Below are positions 38,978 to 51,080 of a DNA stretch of 64,000 nucleotides, piece by piece; position 1 is the first letter of the stretch, and each line of letters opens with the position of its first letter. Made by a program: the position numbers and the translations under genes. The notes under the pieces were generated by a model. That model was not told the DNA's origin, did no database searches, and saw only the letters and a program-made list of their open reading frames with translations. This DNA comes from an uncultured Methanomassiliicoccales archaeon (GTDB lineage: Archaea; Thermoplasmatota; Thermoplasmata; Methanomassiliicoccales; UBA472): positions 16,724-80,723 of the forward strand of contig CAVQBH010000014.1 in assembly GCA_963710685.1 (NCBI GenBank), given 5' to 3'.

Positions 38978-41190
38978 AAGTCCAGCAGACTGCTCTGGCC
39001 CCGGTCCTTTCCCTTCTTCTGCGTTCCCGGCTCTTCCTCGGTCTCTTCCCCGATCGGTGCCAGCGGCGCCCTGGTGGGGGCTCCCACCTGCTTCTTGATG
39101 CTGGTCGCCAGCACGTCGCCTATGCCGATGACCCGTGATATCTGCCCCATCTCGGACTGGCGCAGCGCCTCGAGCGTCGTGAACCCTCGCCGGAACAGTG
39201 AACGGGCCCTGATCCTGCCCACCCCCTTGAGCTTCACCAGGTCGAGCAGTTCCGCCTTCACCCCGTAGTTCAGGCGGGTCATGAGCTCGGTCAATGGTGG
39301 GTAGGCGTCCTTGTTGAAGATGTTGGACATCTCCCGCATCGAGTACAGCAGCCATCCCCCGATCTCGACCTTGTTCCTCAGGTCGCCCGGCCCGATGCCC
39401 AGTTTTTCCAGTATCTTGTCCTCCTCGATCTCCTGGGTCCAGTCCTCCAGGATGGTGGCGGTCTTCAGCTCCGCCAGGAAGAACTCGTACTCGGTCTCGT
39501 CGTCCTCGGGTGGATCGAACACCAGCTCGCCTTCCCTCCTCATCACCAGGTCCTCCAGCCACTCCTTGTCGTTGCGCCGGATGAACATGGTCCTCATGTC
39601 GGGGGTCGAACAGACAGCGTGGAGCAGGCCGAACTCCTTGCCCGGTTTGTACTTCTCCAGGGCCTGGCGCATGCGCACCGCGGACATCGGATCGATGTAC
39701 AGGTCGGAGACCCGGCGGCCGAAGAAGGTGGCCTTGATGGTCTGGTCCGGACCGGTCTTGATCATCCCTTCCTTCTCCAGGAACTCCAGGATGTTGGTCG
39801 CCGCTTCCTCGATGCCTACGATGTTCGCCTGGTGGGCGAAGAACGTGGAACCCAGGAAGTCCATCAGCCCCTCCCAGCTGCTGGCGGTCCCGCTGGCGAT
39901 GGTGGAAAGGACGTGGCTGCGCATCACCGCCTCGTTGCTCAGCTTGGAAATGATGTCCTCCGGCTCCCCCAGGAGATAGTTGTCGCGGAGGAAGGTCAGC
40001 TCCTCCTCGGACTTCGCCAGCAGGATCGCCTCCCCGTACGGGTCGTATCTGGGGCGGCCCGCCCTCCCGCACATCTGCTTGATCTCCATGACCGGGATGG
40101 GGACGTTCATGCCGTTGTCGAAACGGTAGACGTCGCGGATGATCACCCGGCGGGCGGGCAGGTTGATGCCGGCGGCGAGCGTCGGCGTGGCCACGATGCA
40201 TTTGATCTTGCCCTTCTTGAACGAGCTCTCCACCATCCGCCGCTGCTCGTTGGTCAGGCCGGCGTTGTGGAAGGCGATGCCTCTCCTGACGCACGATTTC
40301 AAGGTGCGTCCGACGGAGGTGTGCTCCCCCTCCCCGTCGATCATCCTTTCCGTTTCCGCATCCAGCTCCACCCCCTCGGCCAGGTCCTTGGTGAGCTTGG
40401 AGAACTTGACCGCCAGCGATTCGGTGGATTTGCGGGTGTTGACGAACACCAGGGCCTGCCCGCCCTCCTTGATGGCATCCTTGACCAGGCTCCACACCGG
40501 GTCCTCCTCGAAGACGATCTTCCGGGTGCTGTTGTCGGTGAACCGGACCGCGCCGTCCAGGTACACGCCCTCCTTGAGCTTGACCGGCCTCCAACGGTTG
40601 GCGATGTGAACGGCATCAAGCCATTCCGCCAGCTCCCGGGAGTTGTTGACCGTCGCGGAGAGGGCGATGATCTGAAGGTCGGTGTTGAAACGCTTGAACT
40701 TGGCCAGGGTGACCTCCAATGTCGGCCCCCGGTCCGGGTCGTTGATGAGATGGACCTCGTCCGCGACCACCAGCGTGACCTCCCGGAGCCAGTCCGACTG
40801 GTGCCTTAAGAGCGAGTCAGCCTTCTCCGAGGTGGCGACGATGACGTCATAGGACTGCAGGCGCGAATCGGGCGAGTCGAAGTCGCCGACCGAGATGCCC
40901 ACCTTGACGCCGAGCGGCTCGAACTTCCTCAGGTCGTCGTACTTCTCCGTGGCCAGGGCCCGCAGCGGCACGATGTAGAGGACCTTGCCGTGGCGTTCCA
41001 GTATGTGCTTCATCGCGGCCAGGTAGGCGATCAGGGACTTGCCCGAGGCGGTGGGCACGGCCAGGACCAGGTTCTTTCCGGCCACGGCCACCGGGGCGGC
41101 CTCCGCCTGGGGCGGATAGAGCTCGGTGATGCCGTCCTTTTCCAGGATCTCGATGACCCCCGCCGGAAGATCTAGGTCCTTGACGTGCAT
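38974..41190 (-). CDS. hel308: Hel308/Hjm Ski2-like DNA helicase
   Basis: PTASGKS, DEVH, LSAT, AFHNAGL, TLAAGINLPA and QMCGRAGRP; C-terminal QSSLLDF PIP-box. Confidence 0.93.
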   Translation of the reverse strand: MHVKDLDLPAGVIEILEKDGITELYPPQAEAAPVAVAGKNLVLAVPTASGKSLIAYLAAMKHILERHGKVLYIVPLRALATEKYDDLRKFEPLGVKVGISVGDFDSPDSRLQSYDVIVATSEKADSLLRHQSDWLREVTLVVADEVHLINDPDRGPTLEVTLAKFKRFNTDLQIIALSATVNNSRELAEWLDAVHIANRWRPVKLKEGVYLDGAVRFTDNSTRKIVFEEDPVWSLVKDAIKEGGQALVFVNTRKSTESLAVKFSKLTKDLAEGVELDAETERMIDGEGEHTSVGRTLKSCVRRGIAFHNAGLTNEQRRMVESSFKKGKIKCIVATPTLAAGINLPARRVIIRDVYRFDNGMNVPIPVMEIKQMCGRAGRPRYDPYGEAILLAKSEEELTFLRDNYLLGEPEDIISKLSNEAVMRSHVLSTIASGTASSWEGLMDFLGSTFFAHQANIVGIEEAATNILEFLEKEGMIKTGPDQTIKATFFGRRVSDLYIDPMSAVRMRQALEKYKPGKEFGLLHAVCSTPDMRTMFIRRNDKEWLEDLVMRREGELVFDPPEDDETEYEFFLAELKTATILEDWTQEIEEDKILEKLGIGPGDLRNKVEIGGWLLYSMREMSNIFNKDAYPPLTELMTRLNYGVKAELLDLVKLKGVGRIRARSLFRRGFTTLEALRQSEMGQISRVIGIGDVLATSIKKQVGAPTRAPLAPIGEETEEEPGTQKKGKDRGQSSLLDF

Positions 41191-41414
41191 GCGTTCGCTC
41201 GGTCTCCTTGGCCTGTGCTTTCGCAAGGGATGTCGGGCATAAAGCGTTGTCGATTGGAGGATTCGTCCAGGAAATGTCCTTTCTGAGGTGCGTTCCGGAA
41301 TGGAGTGGCGAAACCCCGCATAATGAGTGCTGGACAGACTCAGAAGATGATGATTTTTTAAAATAGTGTTATATAGCAGCGCTGTTATGGGATGAATTTG
41401 GAAGCCGGTGTAGT

Positions 41415-43382
41415 ATGGTTGAAGAGAAGCCAAAGGAAATAGCGAATCTTCCGGACGCAGAGGCGTGGATAGAGACGCAGGATTTCACTACCACAGCGGA
41501 CATCAAGGTCCCGGACAAGCTAGCCGACCAGGTCATCGGTCAAGAGGCGGCTGTAGAAGTGGTCAAGAAGGCCGCCGAACAGAAGCGCCACGTGATGCTG
41601 ATCGGGGAGCCAGGAACCGGGAAGTCGATGCTCGCGAAATCCATGACGGAGTACTTGCCGAAAAGCGAGCTCCAGGATGTTGTGGCGTATCATAACCCAG
41701 ATGATTCAAACGAGCCGAAGATCCGGGTGGTCCCGGCCGGCAAGGGAAGGGAGATCGTCGCGGCCCAGAAACGGGAGGCCATGCAGCGCAAGCAGCAGAA
41801 GACCTCCATGGTGACCATCATGGTCTTCATGATCGTGGCGCTGACGCTGGTATTGTATATCGCCAGCGGAATGAAGGACACGAACATAATACTGATCGGT
41901 ATCATCGCGGCGGCGATCATCTTCTTCGCGATGCGCTACTCGGGCACCAGGCAGGAAAGCTATATGGTGCCTAAGTTGCTCATCACGCACGATGACAAGG
42001 ACACTGCCCCGTTCATCGACGCCACCGGGGCGCACGCCGGTTCACTGCTGGGAGACGTCAAGCACGACCCCTTCCAGAGCGGTGGCCTGGAGACCCCGGC
42101 CCACGAGAGGCTGGAGGTCGGTGCGATCCACAAGGCGTCCAAGGGAGTCCTGTTCATCGACGAGATCAACATGCTGAGGATGGAATCGCAGCAGTCGCTC
42201 CTCACGGCATTGCAGGAGGGAAAGTTCTCCATAACCGGCCAGAGCGAGCGCTCTTCCGGCGCCATGGTGAAGAGCGAGCCAGTTCCATGCGACTTCGTCA
42301 TGGTGTGCGCGGGCAACATGGATGCCATCCAGGGCATGCACCCGGCGCTGAGGTCCAGGATACGCGGCTACGGTTACGAGGTGTACATGCGCTCCACGAT
42401 GGACGACACCGACGAGAACCGCAAGAAGCTGGTCCGGTTCGTGGCCCAGGAAGTGGCCAAGGACAAGAAGATCCCGCACTTCGACAAGAAGGCGGTGGCC
42501 GAGATCATCAAGGAAGCCCAGCGGCGCGCTGGAAGGCGGGGCCAGCTCACATTGAGGCTGAGGGAGCTCGGCGGCTTGATCCGCGTTTCCGGCGATATCG
42601 CCCGGGAAGAGAACAAGCCGGTCGTCACCCAGCAGCACGTGTTCAGCGCCAAGAGGATCGCCCGGAGCCTTGAACAGCAGATCGTCGACAGGTACATCCA
42701 GGCGAGGAAGGACTACAAGAGCTTCAACGTCGAAGGGGACCTGGTCGGCGTCGTGAACGGTCTGGCGGCTTTGAACTCCGGCTCCAGCATGACCGAATTG
42801 TCGGGAGTGGTGCTACCGATAGTGGCGGAGGTGACACCGGCCCAGATCAAGAACGCCGGCAAGATCATCGCCACCGGCAAGCTCGGCGAGATCGCCAAGG
42901 AGGCGGTGGAGAACGTCTCCGCGCTGATCAAGAAGTACACCGGCGAGGACATCTACAACCACGACGTCCACATACAGTTCATCGGAACGTACGAGGGGGT
43001 CGAGGGTGACAGCGCTTCGATATCGGTCGCCACGGCGGTCATATCGGCGCTGGAGGAAGTTCCGGTGGACCAGACGGTAGCCATGACCGGCAGTCTCAGC
43101 GTCCGGGGTCAGGTGCTCCCGGTCGGTGGAGTGACCGCCAAGATCGAGGCCGCGGCAGAGTCCGGGATCAAGCGGGTGCTCATTCCCCGGGCCAACATGA
43201 ACGACATCGTGCTCGAGGAGAAGTACGTCGGCAAGATCGAGATCATCCCGGTGACGAACATGGGCGAGGTCCTCAAATACGCGCTCGTCGGAGGCGTCAA
43301 GAAGGAGAGCCTGCTCAAGAAGCTGGCCGAGCTCCTGGAGCACAGTGCTCCGGTCATCGCGGCGAAGCCTAACCTGCACTAA
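41415..43382 (+). CDS. lonB: Archaeal membrane-anchored Lon protease
   Basis: GEPGTGKS, two TM helices within the AAA+ domain, EGDSAS and [12 protein letters not shown]. Confidence 0.97.
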   Translation: MVEEKPKEIANLPDAEAWIETQDFTTTADIKVPDKLADQVIGQEAAVEVVKKAAEQKRHVMLIGEPGTGKSMLAKSMTEYLPKSELQDVVAYHNPDDSNEPKIRVVPAGKGREIVAAQKREAMQRKQQKTSMVTIMVFMIVALTLVLYIASGMKDTNIILIGIIAAAIIFFAMRYSGTRQESYMVPKLLITHDDKDTAPFIDATGAHAGSLLGDVKHDPFQSGGLETPAHERLEVGAIHKASKGVLFIDEINMLRMESQQSLLTALQEGKFSITGQSERSSGAMVKSEPVPCDFVMVCAGNMDAIQGMHPALRSRIRGYGYEVYMRSTMDDTDENRKKLVRFVAQEVAKDKKIPHFDKKAVAEIIKEAQRRAGRRGQLTLRLRELGGLIRVSGDIAREENKPVVTQQHVFSAKRIARSLEQQIVDRYIQARKDYKSFNVEGDLVGVVNGLAALNSGSSMTELSGVVLPIVAEVTPAQIKNAGKIIATGKLGEIAKEAVENVSALIKKYTGEDIYNHDVHIQFIGTYEGVEGDSASISVATAVISALEEVPVDQTVAMTGSLSVRGQVLPVGGVTAKIEAAAESGIKRVLIPRANMNDIVLEEKYVGKIEIIPVTNMGEVLKYALVGGVKKESLLKKLAELLEHSAPVIAAKPNLH

Positions 43383-43397
43383 CCCCACTTCAAACCC

Positions 43398-43426
43398 ATT
43401 CCCTTTCCGTTTTTTTGTTTCTTTCA
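43398..43426 (+). terminator. Oligo-T archaeal terminator after lonB
   Basis: Pyrimidine/T tract immediately after the stop codon. Confidence 0.5.
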
Positions 43427-43543
43427 AATCGTCAGAACTCAGATGCTGAAGAGAACGCGGTCCCGGTCCAGCATAAGATGACCGGCCCGGAACCTCTCGA
43501 ACCTCACCGATTTCATTTTATCCGGCCATTCGATTGGCCCTTC

Positions 43544-43885
43544 ATGGCAAGGGAGAACAAGGTCATCAGAGTGTTCCGGTTCCTGGTCGATGGATATGGC
43601 GCCGAGGTCCAATACGACCCCGACCGGCCGCGGGACGATGTTCCTGACCTGATCGTGACGTTGAGGGTCGACGAACAGGAGATGAGGTTAAGTTCGAAGG
43701 GCCCTCAATTCAAACTATTCTGTGTCGAACTAGCAAGGGAGGAACTTGGTGAAGCTTTCACCCTGGCCGACATGAAGGCGCTGAACCTCCAGCTGGAAAC
43801 GGTCATCCCCCGGAACGAGGCGGTCAGGAAAAGCGGATCCTGCTGCGCCTGCGCGGAGGACACCTTCGAAATGGACGATGAGTAA
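43544..43885 (+). CDS. Hypothetical protein with Cys-rich C-terminus (CCAC)
   Basis: ORF with archaeal codon usage; no family recognised. Confidence 0.5.
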   Translation: MARENKVIRVFRFLVDGYGAEVQYDPDRPRDDVPDLIVTLRVDEQEMRLSSKGPQFKLFCVELAREELGEAFTLADMKALNLQLETVIPRNEAVRKSGSCCACAEDTFEMDDE

Positions 43886-44098
43886 GTCCTTTTTAAGCCT
43901 CGTGGACCAGCCTTCCGAAAGGGGTTGGTCATCATTATCTATCTCCATCGCCCCAGGGGAGGTATTGAGCTCATCGCGATGTTGTTCATCGTCTTTTATC
44001 GGAAGCGGCGGTTCCACAACTGAACATTCCTCTGAACGCCGACCATGACCCCAAGAATAGAATGTTCAATGAGCGGATGTCTGGATGAAAAACGATCC

Positions 44099-44126
44099 GG
44101 CCCCAATTGGGGCCTCTTTTCTTTTA
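44099..44126. terminator. Hairpin GGCCCC-AATT-GGGGCC followed by a T tract
   Basis: Inverted repeat just downstream of the archaellin stop, in the gap between convergent genes. Confidence 0.45.
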
Positions 44127-44145
44127 TTGACGATCTTACAACCAC

Positions 44146-44691
44146 TTACATGAGCACGGCGAACTCGTTGCCCAGGCTGTCCGGGACGGTGAACTGCATG
44201 CTCAGGATCTGGCCCATCTCGGGGACCACTTTTACGATGACCTGGTCGTTGGGCGGAACGTTCAGGTCCGGAAGGGCCAACATGATAAGCTCTCCCTTCT
44301 GAACGATGGTATCGTTCGTTCCGGTGTAGGTGACGGTGGAAAAGAGATGCGTGCTGTTCTCGTACATGTACGGCGTCTCACCGTACTGGGTGGTCACGAA
44401 GACGACGATCTTCGTCAGGTCGATGGGGTTGCTGCCCGGGGACAGTTTCATCAGGAACTGCAGCTCCGTCAGATTGTTCTGGGTATATTGTCCGGTGGCG
44501 CCCACGACCATGAGGCCGTCGCAGAGGTTGCTGACCGTGTCCGCCGCCACAGCGGTCGCCTGGTCGGCGGTGCTGTTGGCCGTGCTCAGAAGTACCGTGC
44601 CCGCGGCTCCGGATGTCAGTATCGAGGCGATGACGATCATCATCGACCCGGTCGCCATCGTCCCCCTCTTGTTATAAGACGCCTTCGTCAT
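44146..44691 (-). CDS. Archaellin (ArlB/FlaB)-like protein
   Basis: Class III signal KRG/TMATGSMMIVIASIL...VLL; KLSPGSNPIDL; IVQKGE; VVPEMG. Confidence 0.75.
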   Translation of the reverse strand: MTKASYNKRGTMATGSMMIVIASILTSGAAGTVLLSTANSTADQATAVAADTVSNLCDGLMVVGATGQYTQNNLTELQFLMKLSPGSNPIDLTKIVVFVTTQYGETPYMYENSTHLFSTVTYTGTNDTIVQKGELIMLALPDLNVPPNDQVIVKVVPEMGQILSMQFTVPDSLGNEFAVLM

Positions 44692-44768
44692 GATTATCAT
44701 GTTCGGTTTTAATCTAGATAAGTTATTCGGACAAACAAAAATCCTATTATCATTGTTGATAATTATAA

Positions 44769-45885
<1,117 letters not shown>

Positions 45886-45964
45886 ACGCTCAGACCGATG
45901 ATCATGAGACAGACCAAAACACTTTTAATCCAAGTAGCAATATAATGGTATAGGATGGAAGGGT

Positions 45965-46810
45965 ATGGATGCACCAGTGAAACGGATTCCCACGGGAGTA
46001 GCTGACTTCGACAATATCATCAGGGGCGGCATGCCCCTTGGGTCCGTGGTATTGCTCCTGGGCGACCTGGGGGCGGGCCAGCAGGAGTACGCCCTGACGT
46101 CCGCGGCCAAGATATCCCTGATCAAGGAGAACCCGGATTCGGCGGAGTTCTTCCTCGGGCACAGCGTCGTGGGCCAGATGATGCCGGAATCGATCCATTA
46201 CATCACATTCTCAAGGTCCAAGGAGGACATCCTGCAGGAGCTGGAGATGTCCTTCAACGAGGATTTCTTCGAAGCGTTCGCCCGGAACGTCATATTCAAG
46301 GACTTTTCATCAAAATACTTCCGCCAGACGCTGGTCCCCAAGAGCTGGTCCGGCGACACCTCGTCCGCCCTGTTCTCCAACAACAGCGACGAGGAGGGCG
46401 TGCTCGAGGGGCTGGTCAACTATCTGGACCAGAACGCCCCCCGAAGCATGGTGATCATCGATTCCCTCACCGACCTGGTGCTCAACCAGAAGATCGACAG
46501 CAAGGACCTGGTGGCCGTGCTGCGCGGAATGCAGCGGGTGAGCAAGAAGTGGGGGGGAGTGGTGTATCTGTTGTTGACCAAGGACATCATCGACGATCGG
46601 CTCCAGCGCATGATCATGGACTCGGTGGACGGGGCGTTGGTCTTCGAGTGGAGCCGTTTCGTCAACTCCTCGAAGCGGCAGCGCTACCTCTACGTCGAGA
46701 AGTTCATGAGCATCCTGCCCCACCTGGACAGGGGGCGCATCGCAAGGTTCGCGACCACGGTCACCGCGCAGAGCGGTCTGGTGGTCATCGATACGGAAAG
46801 GATCGGGTGA
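45965..46810 (+). CDS. RAD55/KaiC-family protein with degenerate Walker A
   Basis: RIPTGV.DFD..I.GG.P.GS, GDLGAGQQE, IIDSLTDL and VEKF. Confidence 0.8.
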   Translation: MDAPVKRIPTGVADFDNIIRGGMPLGSVVLLLGDLGAGQQEYALTSAAKISLIKENPDSAEFFLGHSVVGQMMPESIHYITFSRSKEDILQELEMSFNEDFFEAFARNVIFKDFSSKYFRQTLVPKSWSGDTSSALFSNNSDEEGVLEGLVNYLDQNAPRSMVIIDSLTDLVLNQKIDSKDLVAVLRGMQRVSKKWGGVVYLLLTKDIIDDRLQRMIMDSVDGALVFEWSRFVNSSKRQRYLYVEKFMSILPHLDRGRIARFATTVTAQSGLVVIDTERIG

Positions 46811-46815
46811 GCTAA

Positions 46816-47511
46816 ATGGACCGAGTAAAGACCGGAATAGAAGGACTGGACGAGCTCCTGGAGGGCGGTGTGCCGAAGTCGCACACGTTCGTGGTCATGG
46901 GATCGTTCGGTACGGGCAAGACGACGTTCGGACTGCAGTTCCTCAATCAGGGTTTGGCCAATGGGGAGAAGGGGATCTACATCTCCTTGGAAGAGGACCA
47001 GAACTCGATCATCGAGGACGCCAAATCGCACGGCTGGGACCTGAAACCTATGATCGACGCGCAGAAGATGGTGATCGTGAAGCTGGAGCCCAGCGACGCC
47101 AAGACTACCATCTCCCGGATCAAGAGCGAACTGCCAGACTTCATCTCGAAGTTCGGTGCCACCAGGATCGTGTTCGATTCGGTGTCGCTCCTGAACATGC
47201 TGTTCGACGACGAGCATGAACGAAGGATCAACCTGTTCAACCTGTCCCAGATGATCAAGAGAACGGACGCCACCTGTCTGATGACCGCGGAGACCAAGGA
47301 CGAGAACCCCCTGGCCTCGAGGGACGGGCTGGTAGAATACGTCGCGGACGGCGTCATATCGCTGCGCTATGTGGACCGGGTGGAGCGGAGCGAGATGCAG
47401 CTGTCGCTGCGCATCATCAAGATGAGGCGGACGTCACATTCGAGGAAGATCACGCCCTACGAGATCACCAACAAGGGGATCGTGGTCCACGCCGGCTCCG
47501 AGATGATATGA
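46816..47511 (+). CDS. KaiC-domain ATPase
   Basis: GSFGTGKTT, YISLEE, FDSVS and IIKMRRTSHS. Confidence 0.9.
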   Translation: MDRVKTGIEGLDELLEGGVPKSHTFVVMGSFGTGKTTFGLQFLNQGLANGEKGIYISLEEDQNSIIEDAKSHGWDLKPMIDAQKMVIVKLEPSDAKTTISRIKSELPDFISKFGATRIVFDSVSLLNMLFDDEHERRINLFNLSQMIKRTDATCLMTAETKDENPLASRDGLVEYVADGVISLRYVDRVERSEMQLSLRIIKMRRTSHSRKITPYEITNKGIVVHAGSEMI

Positions 47512-47577
47512 GCGGACTGGCACACATGCATGGGTGATACCAAAAAGGCTATTAGCGGCGTCCTGATTAAAGGCCCG

Positions 47578-48492
47578 ATGTCAGAAAAGAGGCTCTTCCG
47601 GGTCGGCAAGGTCAAGAAGGTCTACGAGGTCGACGCTCACACGCTGGAGTTCGAGTTCACTGACAACATTTCCGTTTTTGACAAGATCATTCCCTCGGAC
47701 ATTCCGTTCAAGGGGGAGACGCTCTGTCGCACCTCCGCCCATTGGTTCAAGCTCCTGAAGGAGAACGGGATCCGCTCCGATTTCATCGAGGTCAACGGGC
47801 CGAACCGCATGCTGGTGAAACGTGTCGACGTGATACCGGACTATAGCAAGCTGAACCATGGGACCACCAACTACCTCATCCCGTTGGAATTCATTTGCCG
47901 GCATTACAACGCCGGTTCACTGAACGACCGGGTCAAGGAGGGCCAGGTCACCCCGGAGATGATGGGTTTCCCGAAGGGGCATTCACCGGCGTACGGGGAA
48001 AGGCTTCCGAAGGACTTCATCGAGACCACCACGAAGCTGGAGGAGACCGACCGGGAGCTGACCTACGAGGAGGCCATCCGCATCTCCGGCCTGACCGAGA
48101 AGGAGTATGCCCATGTGTTCGAGGTGATCGGAAAGATCGACGCCATCATCGCCAGCGAGGTCGGCAAGAGGGGTCTGATCCATGTCGACGGAAAGAAGGA
48201 GTTCGCCTACGACGAGAAGCGTCGGCTCATGATCGTGGACACCTTCGGAACCGCCGACGAGGACCGCTGGTGGGATTCCGCCCAGTATGCCCAGGGCAAG
48301 ACCATCGAGCTTTCCAAGGAGATGGTCCGGCAATACTACCGGGACATCGGGTACCACGAGAAACTGTATTCCGCGAGGAAGAACCACACCGCCGAGCCGG
48401 ACATCCCGGCCCTGCCGGTGGAGATGGTGGACAAGGTCTCGCAGATGTACATCGGCCTGTACGAACGCCTCACCGGAGAGAAGTTCCGGTAG
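47578..48492 (+). CDS. purC: SAICAR synthase
   Basis: GKVKKVY, FTDNISVFD, PLEFICR, ETTTK, VDGKKEF, DEDRWW and LSKE..RQ. Confidence 0.93.
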   Translation: MSEKRLFRVGKVKKVYEVDAHTLEFEFTDNISVFDKIIPSDIPFKGETLCRTSAHWFKLLKENGIRSDFIEVNGPNRMLVKRVDVIPDYSKLNHGTTNYLIPLEFICRHYNAGSLNDRVKEGQVTPEMMGFPKGHSPAYGERLPKDFIETTTKLEETDRELTYEEAIRISGLTEKEYAHVFEVIGKIDAIIASEVGKRGLIHVDGKKEFAYDEKRRLMIVDTFGTADEDRWWDSAQYAQGKTIELSKEMVRQYYRDIGYHEKLYSARKNHTAEPDIPALPVEMVDKVSQMYIGLYERLTGEKFR

Positions 48493-48508
48493 GCTGCTTT
48501 GCCTCCGA

Positions 48509-48937
48509 TCAAACATAACCGGGCATCGTGCCGATGATGCCCGGCCGACCGTCATCATCGAAAGGACATCCGATCTTTTTCGGATTGCCTTCGCCGTCGC
48601 AGGAGTAGACCTGATAGTAGAACAGCCACCGCTGGTTGAACTCGAGCAATTTTAGCCTGGCCCGCATGGCATGCTCGCTCGGGACGATGACCCCGAGCCG
48701 GCATTTGTTGACCAATGTGATGTAGTGATCCCGCTGACGGTTCGGATCATCCGAGGTGGAGCCGGTCTCCACGAACACCATGCCGATGACCGATCCCTCC
48801 TCCAACAGCCTGATCACCGCCCGGCCGCTCCTGTCGCTGACGACCTCGATGCTGGCCCGATGGAAGAATCCGGATATCTCGTCCCTGATCATCCCGACGC
48901 GGGTCTCCACCACCCTTTCAACCAAATGGGTGGTCAT
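48509..48937 (-). CDS. Hypothetical protein
   Basis: Co-oriented and tightly packed with the UPF0179 and egsA genes. Confidence 0.6.
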   Translation of the reverse strand: MTTHLVERVVETRVGMIRDEISGFFHRASIEVVSDRSGRAVIRLLEEGSVIGMVFVETGSTSDDPNRQRDHYITLVNKCRLGVIVPSEHAMRARLKLLEFNQRWLFYYQVYSCDGEGNPKKIGCPFDDDGRPGIIGTMPGYV

Positions 48938-48958
48938 TTAGGCCCCTGCCGATCGTAA

Positions 48959-49384
48959 TTATTCGAAGACCACTTCGACCAGTTTGTTCCCTTCGGCGCA
49001 CGTCAGGTCCCCCCGGATCTTGGAGATGCGCATCTTGGTGTGCTTCTCCAGTCCGATGGGGTGGCAGAGGCGGTAGTGCGCGCAGCCGAGGGTGCGGCAT
49101 TTGATGTCCTCAAAGGAAATGGTGGAACCCTCCAGGGCCGCCTTCTTGCTGACCGATCCCTGGATCTTGACCCGCTCGACCTCGGCGACCCTAACGCCGT
49201 CCTCGTGCATCTTGCACTCGTGGTGGACATCCCGGACCGACCTGATCCGATACCGTCCTCCAACGTCGAGATTGAAGCATACCGTCTTCAGTTTGCACTC
49301 CTTGCACTCCGTCAACGGCCCCCGGTAGACGAATTCGATGCCTTCCTTCGCCTGTCTCTCTCCTATCAATGTGACTATGACCAT
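48959..49384 (-). CDS. UPF0179 family protein
   Basis: VTLIG..QA..G.EF...C.EC...VC.NL and H.C..HE.GV. Confidence 0.85.
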   Translation of the reverse strand: MVIVTLIGERQAKEGIEFVYRGPLTECKECKLKTVCFNLDVGGRYRIRSVRDVHHECKMHEDGVRVAEVERVKIQGSVSKKAALEGSTISFEDIKCRTLGCAHYRLCHPIGLEKHTKMRISKIRGDLTCAEGNKLVEVVFE

Positions 49385-49401
49385 CAAACTCACCCGTCCA
49401 A

Positions 49402-50466
49402 TCAGATAACCTTCGTTATCGTGGCGATCCTCTCGGCCGCCTCGTAGGTCAAGCCCATTCCCAGGATCGTGAACCGGTCCTTCCGGATCTTGTGGGCTGT
49501 CACCAACGCCTGGATCACCTGTTCTCTGGAGATGCCCAATTCCTTCGCCGAGGTGGGCGCTCCAATCTTCATCAACGCGTTCCTGATGCGGACCCAATCT
49601 CCGCCATGCAGGTACATCATCATTATGCAACCGACCCCGCATTGCTCACCATGCAGTGCCTTCCCCGGTGCTATCAGGTCCAACGCATGGGAGAACATGT
49701 GCTCGGAACCGCTGGTCGGTCTAGAGCTTCCCGCCACGCTCATCGAGATCCCCGAGATTATTATCGGCCTGATGGCGATCCAGACGGATTCCTCCAGATT
49801 CGGTTTGATCAGGTCCGCGTTATCTATGATAGTTTGAGCGGTGTAGTTCGAGAGGGCATATGCCGACCGGCTGAAGCTCTCATACCGCAGCCTCCTGGCG
49901 AACTCCCAGTCCATTAAAGCGGTGGAGTTGGAGATGACGTCCGCGCATCCCGATGCCAGCAGCCGATACGGCGATTTCGAGATGATGTAGGTGTCAGCGA
50001 TCACCCCCAGCGGGACCTTGGCATCCAGGGACATGGGCCCCTTGTCATTGCGGATCGAAGCCCTGCCTGATGCGATACCATCGTGAGAAGCAGAGGTGGG
50101 GACGGATAGGAATTCGCTCTTGGTGTTGTACGCCGCCATTTTTGCCAGGTCTATTTTGCTGCCGCCTCCGACCCCCAGGAGGAATCTGGCCTTGGCCTCC
50201 CTGGCAGCCTGTTCCACCTTCTTCAAGTTGTCTTCGGTGGCCTCTCCGACCATGATGAACTGGACCTCATAGCCGTTCTTGGTCAATCCTTCGGATACGA
50301 TATCTCCCGCGACCCTCATGGTCTTGTCACCGGCGACGATCAAAGCCGTTCCAGTCAGACCGAAATCCTTGCACATTTGGGGTATTGCCTCGATAGCGCC
50401 GTGCCCCGCAAGAACCTGTCTGGGAAAAAGCATCGAACGAGCCTTGGTGAAGTCACCTTCATCCAT
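49402..50466 (-). CDS. egsA: sn-Glycerol-1-phosphate dehydrogenase
   Basis: GVGGG..ID, PTSASHDGIAS, SGSEHMFSHALD and HGEQCG. Confidence 0.95.
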   Translation of the reverse strand: MDEGDFTKARSMLFPRQVLAGHGAIEAIPQMCKDFGLTGTALIVAGDKTMRVAGDIVSEGLTKNGYEVQFIMVGEATEDNLKKVEQAAREAKARFLLGVGGGSKIDLAKMAAYNTKSEFLSVPTSASHDGIASGRASIRNDKGPMSLDAKVPLGVIADTYIISKSPYRLLASGCADVISNSTALMDWEFARRLRYESFSRSAYALSNYTAQTIIDNADLIKPNLEESVWIAIRPIIISGISMSVAGSSRPTSGSEHMFSHALDLIAPGKALHGEQCGVGCIMMMYLHGGDWVRIRNALMKIGAPTSAKELGISREQVIQALVTAHKIRKDRFTILGMGLTYEAAERIATITKVI

Positions 50467-51080
50467 CCAAGCACCCTGAACGGAGGTTTATACAGATGCA
50501 ATATATTCAAGTTATCGGTAGGGCGCCCGCCAGCAGGGTAAAAATCGGTTCCCGGGGAACACCAGTCAGTGCCATTTCCTTGGGAGATCATTTAGAAAAG
50601 AGGCCCCGGGAAGGTTTCGCAAGGTGGAATATCAATGCTATTCTTAGGAGGAGAATAGGGGGGTGAACCTTCACCGGATGCCTCTATGCTCTTCTAACAT
50701 AATATTAGTATATGAACATACTGAATCTTAAGATAATCATCAGATTATTAAAGAGACTCATTATTATCAGCTTTATACTTTTTACTGGCTATGATAATTA
50801 GTGATGAAATCATCATTGAAATTAAGATAACAATTGAGTATAATGATACATCATCTATAAAATGTACTCAGGAGCGATCGATACATCGACGGATCAGCAT
50901 CTTGAAGACCCTCGGGCCGATGAAATGAGGCACTCCTGACCGGTTCGGCGATGTGAGGTCCTGTTGAGGTGCTTCGTCCGTTTCCTGACGGTCTGGTGCA
51001 ACTTCGTAATTCGTAGTACGGAACATGATTTCCATATCGATGCCTTCATAGGCCAGAAGGTGATTGGTAGTTCGATCTTC

